Positions 19,425-29,326 of a stretch of DNA of 64,000 nucleotides are shown here, piece by piece. The notes below the pieces were generated by a model that saw only the letters and a program-made list of their open reading frames with translations, ran no database searches and had not been told where the DNA came from. This DNA comes from Candidatus Poribacteria bacterium (GTDB lineage: Bacteria > Poribacteria > WGA-4E > PCPOR2b). The DNA is taken from contig OZ244587.1 of NCBI GenBank assembly GCA_965218095.1, positions 1,760,001 to 1,824,000 of the forward strand, given 5' to 3'. Positions within the stretch are counted from its first letter, which is position 1. Every line of letters starts with the position of its first letter. The translations under genes and the position numbers were made by a program.

Positions 19425-20252
19425 ATGGCAAGCGGGTTTGGAAGATTCTTCAAAGCGATTTGGTATACAGTCACGGGACGTGCTCATGAGCTTGCTGACA
19501 GCATGATGGAAAACCCTGAAGCTGTCCGGGGAGCTTATGAAGATATTATTGCAGAGAAGAAAGAGAACATCCAGCGCTATAAGAATGCAATCGGTCAACT
19601 GATCGCCTTAGTCAAGCAAAAGGAGGGAACACTTGACAAGCTGACGAGAGATGTAGAGCGGCTGGAACAGCTTAAAACCGGCGCCTTAGCCAAAGCGAAG
19701 AGTGTCGCCGGCGACCTTCAGAGGCAGGGACAAACTCAAGAGGATATTAAAATGAATCCAGAGTATATGAACTGTGTCGCCGCCTACAACGATTTTAGTT
19801 CAACGCTGGAAGAGAAGAACGCTCGAATCGAAGAACTTGAGGCGGACATCCAACACGCTCAAGGGGACATTGACAATCATAAGGTTCAGATTACGGCATT
19901 GGGCAAAGATTTGGATAAAATCAAGGGAGAACAGGCAGAAGCGGTCGCCGATCTGATTACTGCAAGGGAGCAGGAACAGATTGCTGACATGGTTTCTGGC
20001 ATAAGCACTGATGGCACATCGGCGGAACTTGCCAGAATGCGAGACATCCGGCAAAGGGCGAAGGGCAGAACGCAAGTCGCTCAAGAGTTAGCTGGCACCG
20101 ATTCTCGTGCGGAAGAGGAACAGTTTCTTGCGGCTGCCAGGGGCTCGGCGGCGACGGATGAGTTTGACGCTTTGATCTTTGGCGCCGAACAAACCGATCA
20201 AGTCGAAATCCAGAAAACTCCAACCGATTCGGACTCTGAACTTCCTGTCTAA
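19425..20252 (+). CDS. PspA/IM30/Vipp1 (ESCRT-III superfamily)-like protein
   Basis: Amphipathic N-terminus GFGRFFKAI...ADSMMENPE, long coiled-coil hairpin, C-terminal DEFDALI; RBS aaggag. Confidence 0.8.
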   Translation: MASGFGRFFKAIWYTVTGRAHELADSMMENPEAVRGAYEDIIAEKKENIQRYKNAIGQLIALVKQKEGTLDKLTRDVERLEQLKTGALAKAKSVAGDLQRQGQTQEDIKMNPEYMNCVAAYNDFSSTLEEKNARIEELEADIQHAQGDIDNHKVQITALGKDLDKIKGEQAEAVADLITAREQEQIADMVSGISTDGTSAELARMRDIRQRAKGRTQVAQELAGTDSRAEEEQFLAAARGSAATDEFDALIFGAEQTDQVEIQKTPTDSDSELPV

Positions 20253-20393
20253 TTTGGTGGGTGGTGAGTGAGTGGACGTGAAAGTGAATCTGATTTTCAA
20301 CAGAATCGCCCATCACCATCCACCACCTCAAACGCAAAGCATTTATCGAAAAGATAATTCATGTCTATAGTTCTATTGGAGAGGAGAATCGCA

Positions 20394-21497
20394 ATGGGGA
20401 ATTACCGAAAGTCCATTTCAATTTCAGTCGTTTTTTGTACGATTTGCTTTTTCATGCTAACACCGATGACTTTGGCACAGAAGGCACCAACGTTCAGCCT
20501 TGCTTGGAGCGAATATCCGTCATGGAGCGTCTTCGGCGTCGCTCATGAATTTAAACTCATTGACGGCAGAGAAGGGGTGATGGAGGAAATCGAAAAAAAG
20601 TGGGACGTTGATATTAAGTTAGAAGAGCTCGATTATGATTCGTGCATGGCGCTTTATGCAAGCCTCGGCTGCGATGCCGTGTGTCTCACAAATATGGACT
20701 CGCTAAATCCAGCGTTGAGTCGTCAGTCAGTTGCCATCCTTCCCACGAGTACAAGCTATGGGGCTGATGCCTGCATTGTCGTCGGTGGCATTACGGAGAT
20801 GATTCAACTCAAAGGGGTTGATGTCTACGGTCTTGCAAAATCGGTGTCTGAGTACTGCTTTGTACGCAATCTTGAGGTGAACAACCAAAACGAAAGAGAC
20901 TACAAGTTTACCAATATGGATCCAGCCGCCGCTGCACTCGCAATGCAGCAGGGACAAAAGGGCTATCAAGCCATTGTCGTCTGGAATCCATTTGTGCTTG
21001 AGACGCTGAATAAAAGAAAAGATGCGCGAGTCCTTTTTGATTCAACCGCTATTCAGGGGGAGATTATTGATATGGTCGTCATGGCTCAGGCTTCCCTGGA
21101 TAAGCCCGGAGGCGATCAGTTCGCCGCCGTTGTTATCGAGGTTTTCTATAGAATTAACGAGATGCTAGCCGATCCGGACCCTGAACTTGCAAACGATACC
21201 TTGATTGCGATTGGAGAGAAGTTCTCCCATCTTGGCTTGAAGGATATGAGAAAGGTGATGCGGCAAACGCTGTTTTACAAAACGCCGAAGGATGGAAAAG
21301 GCTTGTTTGTGAGTGACAAACTTCCCAAGATTATGGAGAAGGTCGTGGGTTTTTGCGTCAGCCATGATATTGTTGATCAAAAGCCGACGATTGCTTACGG
21401 CCCCAAAGGCCAGGCACCAGATGTTAACTTACGGTTTGATCCGATGTACATTGAAAAATATGTGAAGAGTTATGATCAGAGACCCAATTTCAAATAG
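20394..21497 (+). CDS. ABC substrate-binding protein (SsuA/NMT1-like)
   Basis: Signal peptide; LAWSEYPSW, TNMD, SYGADA, VVWNPF, GEIIDMVV. Confidence 0.88.
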   Translation: MGNYRKSISISVVFCTICFFMLTPMTLAQKAPTFSLAWSEYPSWSVFGVAHEFKLIDGREGVMEEIEKKWDVDIKLEELDYDSCMALYASLGCDAVCLTNMDSLNPALSRQSVAILPTSTSYGADACIVVGGITEMIQLKGVDVYGLAKSVSEYCFVRNLEVNNQNERDYKFTNMDPAAAALAMQQGQKGYQAIVVWNPFVLETLNKRKDARVLFDSTAIQGEIIDMVVMAQASLDKPGGDQFAAVVIEVFYRINEMLADPDPELANDTLIAIGEKFSHLGLKDMRKVMRQTLFYKTPKDGKGLFVSDKLPKIMEKVVGFCVSHDIVDQKPTIAYGPKGQAPDVNLRFDPMYIEKYVKSYDQRPNFK

Positions 21498-22272
21498 ACT
21501 GCGGTTTTTTTTTGGCTTCCTCTCCGTTGCTATACTAATCTGCGGTTACTTCTATCTGTCCCACCGGCAGCACCTGAAAAACCCCGCTGATACCACCATG
21601 CCAAGTCTTTCTCAACTGAAAGATGGAATCAAAAAGATTACCACACCCCACAGGCGTTCAAAAGAGATATGGCTATTTGAAGATCTGAAAGCCACAGGTC
21701 TGAGGCTGGCTCTGGGGCTTTCAGCAGGTATCATCTCTGGAGTCGTCGTCGGGCTAATTATGGGGTGTTTTGCTGTTGGGGAGGCGTTTTTTCTTTTTCC
21801 ATTGTCATTTGCGTCAAAACTCAATCCAATCGCCATGCTTGCCGTATTTTTCGTCATGGTCGGTACCGACACGGAGCTATATGTTGCGATGATTGCTCTT
21901 GGCGTGATGCCAACTTTTGCGCAGACCATTTATTTGGCGGCAAAGAATGATGTCCCTGAAGAATTAATTCACAAAGCCTACACGTTGGGAGCAACACACA
22001 TTGAAGTCATTCTGAGCGTTATCTTTCGGCAGATTTTTCCACGAATTCTCGATTCGATTCGTCTCCAGCTTGGTCCGGCGCTGGTCTATCTTATTGCTGC
22101 CGAAATGGTTGTCGGACACGTCGGCTTTGGCTACAGAATCAGACTTGAATACAGAATTCTCAATATGAATGTTGTGTATCCATATATTGTGCTATTGGCA
22201 TTGTTCGGTTATGCCGCTGATTATGGACTGCGATTTCTACAAGGGAAATTCTTCCCTTGGTATGGGCGCTGA
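21472..22272 (+). CDS. ABC permease (SsuC/TauC-like)
   Basis: Six TMs; EAA-loop-like VPEELIHKAYTLGA; LIAAEMV...GFGYRI. Confidence 0.9.
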   Translation: MIRDPISNRLRFFFGFLSVAILICGYFYLSHRQHLKNPADTTMPSLSQLKDGIKKITTPHRRSKEIWLFEDLKATGLRLALGLSAGIISGVVVGLIMGCFAVGEAFFLFPLSFASKLNPIAMLAVFFVMVGTDTELYVAMIALGVMPTFAQTIYLAAKNDVPEELIHKAYTLGATHIEVILSVIFRQIFPRILDSIRLQLGPALVYLIAAEMVVGHVGFGYRIRLEYRILNMNVVYPYIVLLALFGYAADYGLRFLQGKFFPWYGR

Positions 22273-22343
22273 TAGTAAATAAGTTCATTGGTTCAGGAGT
22301 ACAGAAGTTCATTCACGCCTTACGTTTCGCTATGCTTTACCCC

Positions 22344-23293
22344 TAATAGACGATTACAAGATGTCGGATAAACTTAGTCATCATCAGGGAATCACGGGGG
22401 TTGGCTTTGTGCAAAAGCAGATGGGATAAGGCTTTGAACCGGTTGTCGGCATCGAAAATCTCAGATGGATTGGACAGTTGGGCCGAAAAGCGGTATGCTC
22501 CCTGGGATTGATAACTCAAAAATTGAGACAGAGGAGAATACCAATGAATTGTGAGTATCATAACCTACCGCCCACCTTTCAGCAAGAGTTTTTCGATCTG
22601 CTTGATGAAGTTCAAACCCAAGGCATAGAGCCCGTAGTGTTAGAAGCATTGTTAATTGCCCCATTGGTCAGTGACCACATCGCCGAAGTGGAAACCGTTG
22701 CCGTCCAACGACTAGATACGTTGCGTGAGGCGTTGAGAACAAATGCCATCCCAATAATGAGACTATTGAGTCGGCTCTCTTTCTTGCTCTTTTTGGAATA
22801 CCTCACTCGATTTTTTTCGCAAAACAACCCTGGCAGAAAACGCGATGGCGAATTGTCCTTTGTGGGGATGATTCACTTTTGGTCCATGCCGAAGAGAGCC
22901 ATCAACCCGATGTGGTCAACATTTGGAGTACCCTTTATAAGACCTACCGCAAGGCACATGATCTCATTGTTTTGGGAATCACCATCGGTTCCAAGACAGG
23001 AGCGTTCTTCTTTCCACTTTGGGTGGAATTGTGGCGTCAACCGAGCCAAAGAAAACAGCCCCGTCCCCAACGAATGGCGGCTGCGCTATTGCGGCTGAAC
23101 CAACAGGTTAAAGATACCGGGTTGAGCTTAGAAGGCATTGATTTTGCCACCGACAATGGATACCTCTCGCCAACTGTTGCTAAAGCGGTTGACGCATCTG
23201 GTTTGATTTTGACGACCCGGTTCAGATCCAATCAACCGGTGACACCCCTTGATGGTGAATCCATCGTGATTCGGGATTTGTAATCGTCTACTA
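22344..23293 (+). mobile_element. Degenerate, truncated IS of IS4/IS701-like DDE type
   Basis: TIRs TAATAGACGATTACAA / TTGTAATCGTCTACTA; frameshifted transposase pieces with GDDSLL and FATDNGY motifs. Confidence 0.75.
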
Positions 23294-23310
23294 CTAAGAA
23301 AAGGCAAATT

Positions 23311-24237
23311 ATGGAAACTGTACTTGAATGCAAGGGGGTTACCCATTATTTTGGTGAAAATCGGGTGCTTCATGACATCAACCTTCAAGTGGTTAGAGGG
23401 GAGATCGTCTCATTAGTTGGACCGAGCGGCTGTGGGAAATCCACTTTGCTTCGAGCAATCTTAGGAACCCATCCGCCACATAAAGGCGAAATATTGGTCA
23501 GTGGGAGGTCCGTCAAAGGTGCCGGAAGGGACAGGGGAATTGTTTACCAGCGTTATTCACTCTTTCCATTTCTGACAGCGCAGAGAAATGTGACACTGGG
23601 ATTGCTTTTTGATCAGAATTCACTTTTTGACAGGTTTGTTAAGTATTTTGTCTGGAGGAAAGAGAAAAAAAGACACCTTGACGAAGCTACGGCGCTGCTT
23701 CAAAAATTAGGACTTGGTGATGCACTGAACCTTTATCCATATCAGATGTCAGGAGGGATGTGCCAGCGGGTTGCAATCGCCCAGGCCGTTATCATGAAAC
23801 CCCAGATTCTCCTTCTGGATGAACCTTTTGGTGCCCTTGATGAGGCAACTCGCGAGGAACTTCAGAAAATGCTGCTGACTTTCTATGCAGAGAACCTTGC
23901 GGCGATGAATAATGGAGAGCAACCCCCGTATACGATCATTATTGTCACCCATGAACTTAATGAAGCCATCTACGTTGCAGATCGAGTGGTTGCGCTTTCG
24001 CAGTATTGGAACTGGCGAGAAAAGGAATTTGAAAACTTCCCCGGTGCCACAATCGTGTATGACCAAATGGCGCCTGCTTTTGCGCCGACTGATGAGATCA
24101 ATTACGTACAGTTTCTTGAACAACGGACAGAGATCCGGACAGCGGCATTTGATCCGAATTATCGCCAGGAACGGGATGACTTCAATAAATTCTGGGGACA
24201 GGTACATGAAAATGAAGAGGAGGTGTTTGAGCGATAG
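23311..24237 (+). CDS. ABC ATP-binding protein (SsuB/NrtD-like)
   Basis: GPSGCGKS, YQRYSLFP, MSGGMCQR, LLLDEPFGALD, VTH. Confidence 0.95.
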   Translation: METVLECKGVTHYFGENRVLHDINLQVVRGEIVSLVGPSGCGKSTLLRAILGTHPPHKGEILVSGRSVKGAGRDRGIVYQRYSLFPFLTAQRNVTLGLLFDQNSLFDRFVKYFVWRKEKKRHLDEATALLQKLGLGDALNLYPYQMSGGMCQRVAIAQAVIMKPQILLLDEPFGALDEATREELQKMLLTFYAENLAAMNNGEQPPYTIIIVTHELNEAIYVADRVVALSQYWNWREKEFENFPGATIVYDQMAPAFAPTDEINYVQFLEQRTEIRTAAFDPNYRQERDDFNKFWGQVHENEEEVFER

Positions 24238-26054
24238 CTGTCAAAAGTCCGAAGTATGAATTTCTGTCTCAAGCGGGAACGATAATAAACGCAGGGACCT
24301 CGAAAAGCATCATCCTTGCAGGAAATATTCATGACCTTTTCTTTTTTGATGATGGAGGGGGAAATGAGGGTTATGTGCCACTCGTTTCACTCCTGACGCG
24401 CACCTGGGATGTGCCCGGGTTTATCCTGATGGTTTATGAACTGAACGGTCCCATCAGATTTTTGGGAGCGAGCGACAAGGAAAAGCTGAGAAAGACGTTC
24501 AGTTTATGGAGACAAGATACCGATCAAAACCTGCTCTCCAAAGACACCATTCGTTATCTCATTCCGGGGAGGGGAACAAAATCTGCAGAAGAGCAATTCG
24601 ACACATATCTGAGGAACTCTATTGGAAACCCAACTGTTGCCCTTGAATTGCTCAGGCAACTATGTCTGCTTTCCCGAGGAACTGATGAGTTTGGCACAAA
24701 ATTGTTGAAAGAAAAGTTGTTGATTATTGTTGAGGCGGCTGATATGTTAATGCCGGAGGGAGAAATCCCGAGACTCTCCCAGGCGGATCGGCATAGGGTA
24801 GGCATTGCGCACGATTGGATTCTTGATCCGGATTTCATGAGTGGGAAAGATGTTGTCATCTTTATCACAGAATCCAAAAGTTTGATGAACTCAAGAATCA
24901 CGAGGCTTCCTCAAGTAGCAACCGTTGAAATTCCGTCGCCCGGTGTAGATGAGAGAAAACATTTTATTTCCCGGTTTAATAGAACCCAAAAACCCAAAGG
25001 GAAGGGGTTGCGTCTCTGGGGTACACAGGAGCAAGTCGCCATGCTGACAGCGGGGCTTTCTATCCATGCGTTGCGACAACTCCTCATCACGGCTTGTTAT
25101 TCCGGGGAAAAACTCCAGCCCCAAGATGTGATTCAGAAAGTTGGCGATTTTATTCAAGGACAAATGGGCGAAGATGTTGTTGAATTTAAGAAACCGGCTC
25201 ACGGCTTGAAAGACGTGGTCGGAAATCAACGATTGGTTGCTTTCATTCAGACTAGGCTTCTGCCGCGTCTCACCTCAACCGGTCCGGATGCAATTGCCGG
25301 TGCTGCGGTTGGTGGTCCCATTGGGAGTGGAAAGACATTCATCTTTGAGGGGCTGGCCGGGGATCTGGACATTCCCGTTTTGGTCCTCAAAAACATCAGA
25401 AGCATGTGGTTTGGCCAAACAGACGTGATCTTTGAACGCCTCAGGCGTCTACTCGCGGCACTCGTTAAAGTAATGATCTTTGTTGACGAGGCGGATACCC
25501 AATTCAGTGAAATCGGCAGAGATGCTCACGCCACTGAGCGCCGGTTAACAGGAAAGATACAGGCAATGATGTCAGATCCGCAGCTCAGGGGCAATATTAC
25601 GTGGTTACTGATGACCGCCCGAATCTACAATTTGTCGCCCGATCTCCGACGGGAGGGAAGGGTCGGTGATATGGTCATACCGGTTCTTGATCCCAACGGT
25701 GAAGATCGGAAAGCGTTTGTTAAATGGGCAATTCGTGACGTTTTTAACGGCTCCGCCAGCGATGCGGTTATTGAAAAAATGTCGCAAATCACGGAGGGAT
25801 ATTCTGCGGCAAGTTTTGCCTCACTTCGCTCTGACTTGCGTGCAGAAGGCGTCCCCTTATCAATCGAGCAAATTCTTGAAATCGCTTCTGACCGGATTCT
25901 CCCGGACATTGGTCCTGTTAGAAGATATCAAACGCTGCAAGCATTAATAAACTGCACACGGAAATCGTTACTTCCAGAAGACTATTCTCACCAAATGCGG
26001 GCTGAATGGATGGCGGAAGTCAGAAGGCTTGAACAGATGGGGGTCGGGCGTTAA
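24234..26054 (+). CDS. AAA+ ATPase with a degenerate N-terminal and an intact C-terminal AAA module; start uncertain (ATA 24234 or GTG 24375)
   Basis: Walker A GPIGSGKT, pore loop SMWFGQT, Walker B IFVDEAD, SRH-like LSPDLRREGR; frame is open from 24231. Confidence 0.88.
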   Translation: MAVKSPKYEFLSQAGTIINAGTSKSIILAGNIHDLFFFDDGGGNEGYVPLVSLLTRTWDVPGFILMVYELNGPIRFLGASDKEKLRKTFSLWRQDTDQNLLSKDTIRYLIPGRGTKSAEEQFDTYLRNSIGNPTVALELLRQLCLLSRGTDEFGTKLLKEKLLIIVEAADMLMPEGEIPRLSQADRHRVGIAHDWILDPDFMSGKDVVIFITESKSLMNSRITRLPQVATVEIPSPGVDERKHFISRFNRTQKPKGKGLRLWGTQEQVAMLTAGLSIHALRQLLITACYSGEKLQPQDVIQKVGDFIQGQMGEDVVEFKKPAHGLKDVVGNQRLVAFIQTRLLPRLTSTGPDAIAGAAVGGPIGSGKTFIFEGLAGDLDIPVLVLKNIRSMWFGQTDVIFERLRRLLAALVKVMIFVDEADTQFSEIGRDAHATERRLTGKIQAMMSDPQLRGNITWLLMTARIYNLSPDLRREGRVGDMVIPVLDPNGEDRKAFVKWAIRDVFNGSASDAVIEKMSQITEGYSAASFASLRSDLRAEGVPLSIEQILEIASDRILPDIGPVRRYQTLQALINCTRKSLLPEDYSHQMRAEWMAEVRRLEQMGVGR

Positions 26055-26271
26055 TATCAGTAACTCGCCTGACAAACCTTGCAAGCAGTGATTAACATGC
26101 CTATTTTATTGAACTGCCGAACTTTCATCTTTCACTTCCCCAACTCTCGATTCCGATAGAGAAGTGAATCTACCTGCTCAAACATCTCCCCACATTTGAT
26201 GAGATTCCCCAAGCGTTCTCCGAAGGTTATCTCTAAGAGTTGGACTGGTATCTAATATCAATTCTCAGTTT

Positions 26272-26388
26272 AATTAATTTTCAAAAAGAAAGTAATGGTT
26301 TGTAGTGAGGCGATTCATTACTGTCCCAAACGCGCAATGAATTGCGCTACTACAAACGGAATGTATAGTTTAATCCTGAAAATTACTT
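26272..26388 (-). mobile_element. MITE-like element, shell A (inverted copy of 7912-8028)
   Basis: Reverse complement matches 7912-8028 with few mismatches. Confidence 0.85.
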
Positions 26389-26413
26389 AAACCCGAAACG
26401 GTATTATTCCATA

Positions 26414-26683
26414 TCAAGCAGTCGCAATCTTATTGATCTCAAGCGCAAGGCGGGCCTTCGTCCGATTTGCCATGTCTTTTTTGATAACGCCCTTCCCTAC
26501 AGCTCGGTCAAGTTGGCTGGCAGCTTGGCGATACAATTCCTGCGCCTGTTGCGCATCCCCATCTGCAATTGCTGATTCGGTTTGCTTCAACATCGTTCTC
26601 AGCGCGGACTTCCGCTGAGAGTTCCGATCTCGCTTCTTTTTATCAGCGCGGACATGCTTCATCCCAGACTTTCTAGTGGGCAA
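26414..26683 (-). CDS. rpsT: 30S ribosomal protein S20
   Basis: RNSQRKSALRT...LDRAVGKGVIKK...ANRTKARL; RBS ggaggtg. Confidence 0.95.
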   Translation of the reverse strand: MPTRKSGMKHVRADKKKRDRNSQRKSALRTMLKQTESAIADGDAQQAQELYRQAASQLDRAVGKGVIKKDMANRTKARLALEINKIATA

Positions 26684-26702
26684 TTCAACTCACCTCCATT
26701 CG

Positions 26703-26999
26703 TTATTGATTTTTTTTATTCGGATGTTGTTCATTCCAAAGTTTTTCATAACCCTCTACTAACTCGTTGAGTCTCTCCAATATCTCTGTCCAGAGCACCA
26801 TCAATGGTTTATTTAAGTCATTGAGCCAAAACTGCTTTGCGAGTCCGTGTGCAGCAACGGCTATAGAAACAGCACCAGAACTACAGAATGGCTCAATAAG
26901 ACAACGCACAGCACTTGGGAAATGCGGAAGAATATATCGCGCAATCCCTCGCTTACTCCCCTGATATGGAAATGGGTGTGGGATATTCAACGTTTTCAT
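26703..26999 (-). pseudogene. Truncated Dam-like (alpha-class) adenine methyltransferase
   Basis: PFPYQGSKR, IEPFCSSGAVS, LNDLN motifs; ends at 98 aa, before the DPPY motif. Confidence 0.85.
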
Positions 27000-27029
27000 G
27001 GGAGTTCGGTCGTTGTAACTTCGCCAGTA

Positions 27030-27629
27030 TTATTTCGTCTTTTCCCGACCTGCCTCGCGCAAGTTTGATGCAAGCGCTTCAAGTTGGCTCCCGACTTTTT
27101 TGATATCAACATCTATGCCTTGATGGATTAGTTGATAGCAAAGGTCTTCCCAATTTTTGCATAGATCCCATGCTAACCGGCATATTTCGAGTCGGATATC
27201 AAATTCCAAAGGAAGTAACAATGTTTGGATTTTATCAAATCGGACACCTGCTGAAACGCTAAGGGCATCCCTGATTGAATCGTTCTGTTTAGAAACCCTA
27301 TTGACGACATTTTTACATTCATCCAGCGTCAGTTTTTCCTCTATAATGGCAAGGGCTAACAACCATTGGTCGTCTTTATTCTTAAGGCGGGATATTTCAT
27401 AGCCTTGCGTAATTCCAATTTGCCCTTGATCGATTTTCCATTGAATACCTTTCGGGAGTTGGAAGATGCGATTTCTTGAATTCAAGAAATTGGGAGACAC
27501 ATTCAATTGCTGTGCAATTGCTTTATAGGAATGATATTTTTGATACAAAACATCAACAGCTTTCCCAATTTCAGATGGTTTTTTCCCTTCAGGGGCAGTT
27601 AGATACTCTATTGCAGCCTTCTCCTCCAT
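27030..27629 (-). CDS. ParB/KorB-type HTH protein lacking the N-terminal ParB domain
   Basis: SYKAIAQQLNVSPNFL HTH; LPKGIQWKIDQGQIGITQGYEISRL resembles the ParB central domain. Confidence 0.65.
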   Translation of the reverse strand: MEEKAAIEYLTAPEGKKPSEIGKAVDVLYQKYHSYKAIAQQLNVSPNFLNSRNRIFQLPKGIQWKIDQGQIGITQGYEISRLKNKDDQWLLALAIIEEKLTLDECKNVVNRVSKQNDSIRDALSVSAGVRFDKIQTLLLPLEFDIRLEICRLAWDLCKNWEDLCYQLIHQGIDVDIKKVGSQLEALASNLREAGREKTK

Positions 27630-28486
27630 TACCTTGCCCCCCTCTTGAGAACGTCCGTTACCATATGACTAATAATTGTAGATTCATCTTCCAAACCTCG
27701 TGATCGGCCCCATTGCAATAACTCATCATGCAAGTCACTAGGAATTGCATATTGCACAACGTGACTCGATTCGCTAACCTTTTCCGTTACATACGCAGTC
27801 AAGTCTGCAATAGAGGCTTTGTGCTTTAACTGTTCTAAAGCCTTAACTGCATGTTCCCGACTGTCTCTGTCCAGATCAAGAATCCATGAGGCTCGCTCTC
27901 TCATCGCCTCCTGTGAGTGTTCAAAACGTGAGGCATCGAAGGTGTTTAGCACAATTGCGCTCGCATTTGCTGTAGTGAGGATTCCCTTATCTACCATTTG
28001 CTTCAGGTCTTCGGGCAATACAGATAACCTAAAATATCTCATAACTGTTTGGAGCGTTACACCAAGATACTTAGCTGCAAGTTCGAGCGCCTCTTGTCCC
28101 GTATATCCTTCGCCGCTATACCGCTTGTATATTCTCTCTGTCCAGTACGCCCGGTCACTATATGTCAGATCTCCCCGCACCTCGTTTTCAAGCCATGAAC
28201 GCTGAATGGCTTCGTCGTCATTCAATTCGAGTATAAAAGCGGGAATTTCTTCCAGTCCGATTGCTAAACACGCCTTTAGCCTGCATTGCCCGGTAACATG
28301 CTGATAATCGTATGCGGATGCAGGATCGGGATGTGGTCGAACGATAATGGGCTAATCTGGCCAATAACCGTGTTGCTGAATAGAGGCTTTGACTTCCTCA
28401 ACATTCTGTTCTACGCCTTGTCTACGAACATTGATTTCACTATCAGGATCAATAAGGTTAACTTTGAGATTCTGAACTAGACTCAT
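27629..28486 (-). pseudogene. ParB/Spo0J-family protein with an in-frame TAG at 28352-28354
   Basis: MSLVQNLKVNLIDPD...INVRR...SIQQHGYWPD*PIIVRP...VTGQCRLKAC...WLENEVRGDL is one continuous frame. Confidence 0.85.
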
Positions 28487-28533
28487 TTTTACTTCCCCTT
28501 TTCATGTAGGATGTTGCGCAGTTATCCGTTGCT

Positions 28534-28621
28534 TCCTAACGACCAAAGTTCAGTTGCGGCGAGAGGTTACAAGACAACCGACCGACCGCCTAAACCCGTC
28601 ATCTGTCAATTGATATTATAA
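28534..28621 (-). other. Integron attC-like site
   Basis: Ends in GTTAGGA on the minus strand; 27 nt identical to the right arm of the attC at 36177-36203. Confidence 0.65.
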
Positions 28622-29178
28622 AACGAAAATCCCCAGAATTCACAAGAAATAAGGGAGAAAAACTTTTTATTACTCAGGTAACTCATGAGTAAGTTTCGAC
28701 GTTTTCGAGGGGTTTTTGCCGTCTTCGGTGTAAGCGCCTCTCCTTCCCCTTCTTCGTCTGATGTTTTTGTTTCATCTTCGATACCTGACGGCGCCTCTTC
28801 AGTTTCACGTCCTTCCGGGTCAGCTTGAGAGGGCAACTTGTCGGATTCAGCCATATCCGCCTGATTGATGTCCGAAAAGTCCCCGTTATCTTCAGCCGGG
28901 TCATCAGCGTCCAAATTCAGTTCGTCTGCGTCATCAGTATCTGACTGCTTTGATTCAAAGACCTGTTTCAATCGCTCGGCTTCGGTTGACAATCTGCAGG
29001 GAACACCTTGAATTCCCGATTGCTTGACCGCTGTATCTTCCTCAAGGTTTTCTTTCCCTCCATCCGCGGACATTACCGCCACATCTTCTACTTCTTCCTG
29101 TTCAATCTCTGATATTGATATGGCTGTTTCATAGATAGTTTCAACTTGTTTGGTGATACCTTCAAGTGAATCACTCAT
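28606..29178 (-). CDS. Acidic low-complexity hypothetical protein
   Basis: 190 aa, D/E-rich; RBS ggagg upstream. Confidence 0.6.
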   Translation of the reverse strand: MSDSLEGITKQVETIYETAISISEIEQEEVEDVAVMSADGGKENLEEDTAVKQSGIQGVPCRLSTEAERLKQVFESKQSDTDDADELNLDADDPAEDNGDFSDINQADMAESDKLPSQADPEGRETEEAPSGIEDETKTSDEEGEGEALTPKTAKTPRKRRNLLMSYLSNKKFFSLISCEFWGFSFYNIN

Positions 29179-29326
29179 TGTACGCCTCCATATAATCCGC
29201 AGGCGAGTTTAAATGATAGCATAATCCGCCCCTTTTGTCCAAACCTTTTGGTCAGCTTGACACGAAAAATGATCAGTTCGTTCCCGGGTATAAGTGCCAG
29301 CTTACATGTAGTTTCTCCTGGAACGA

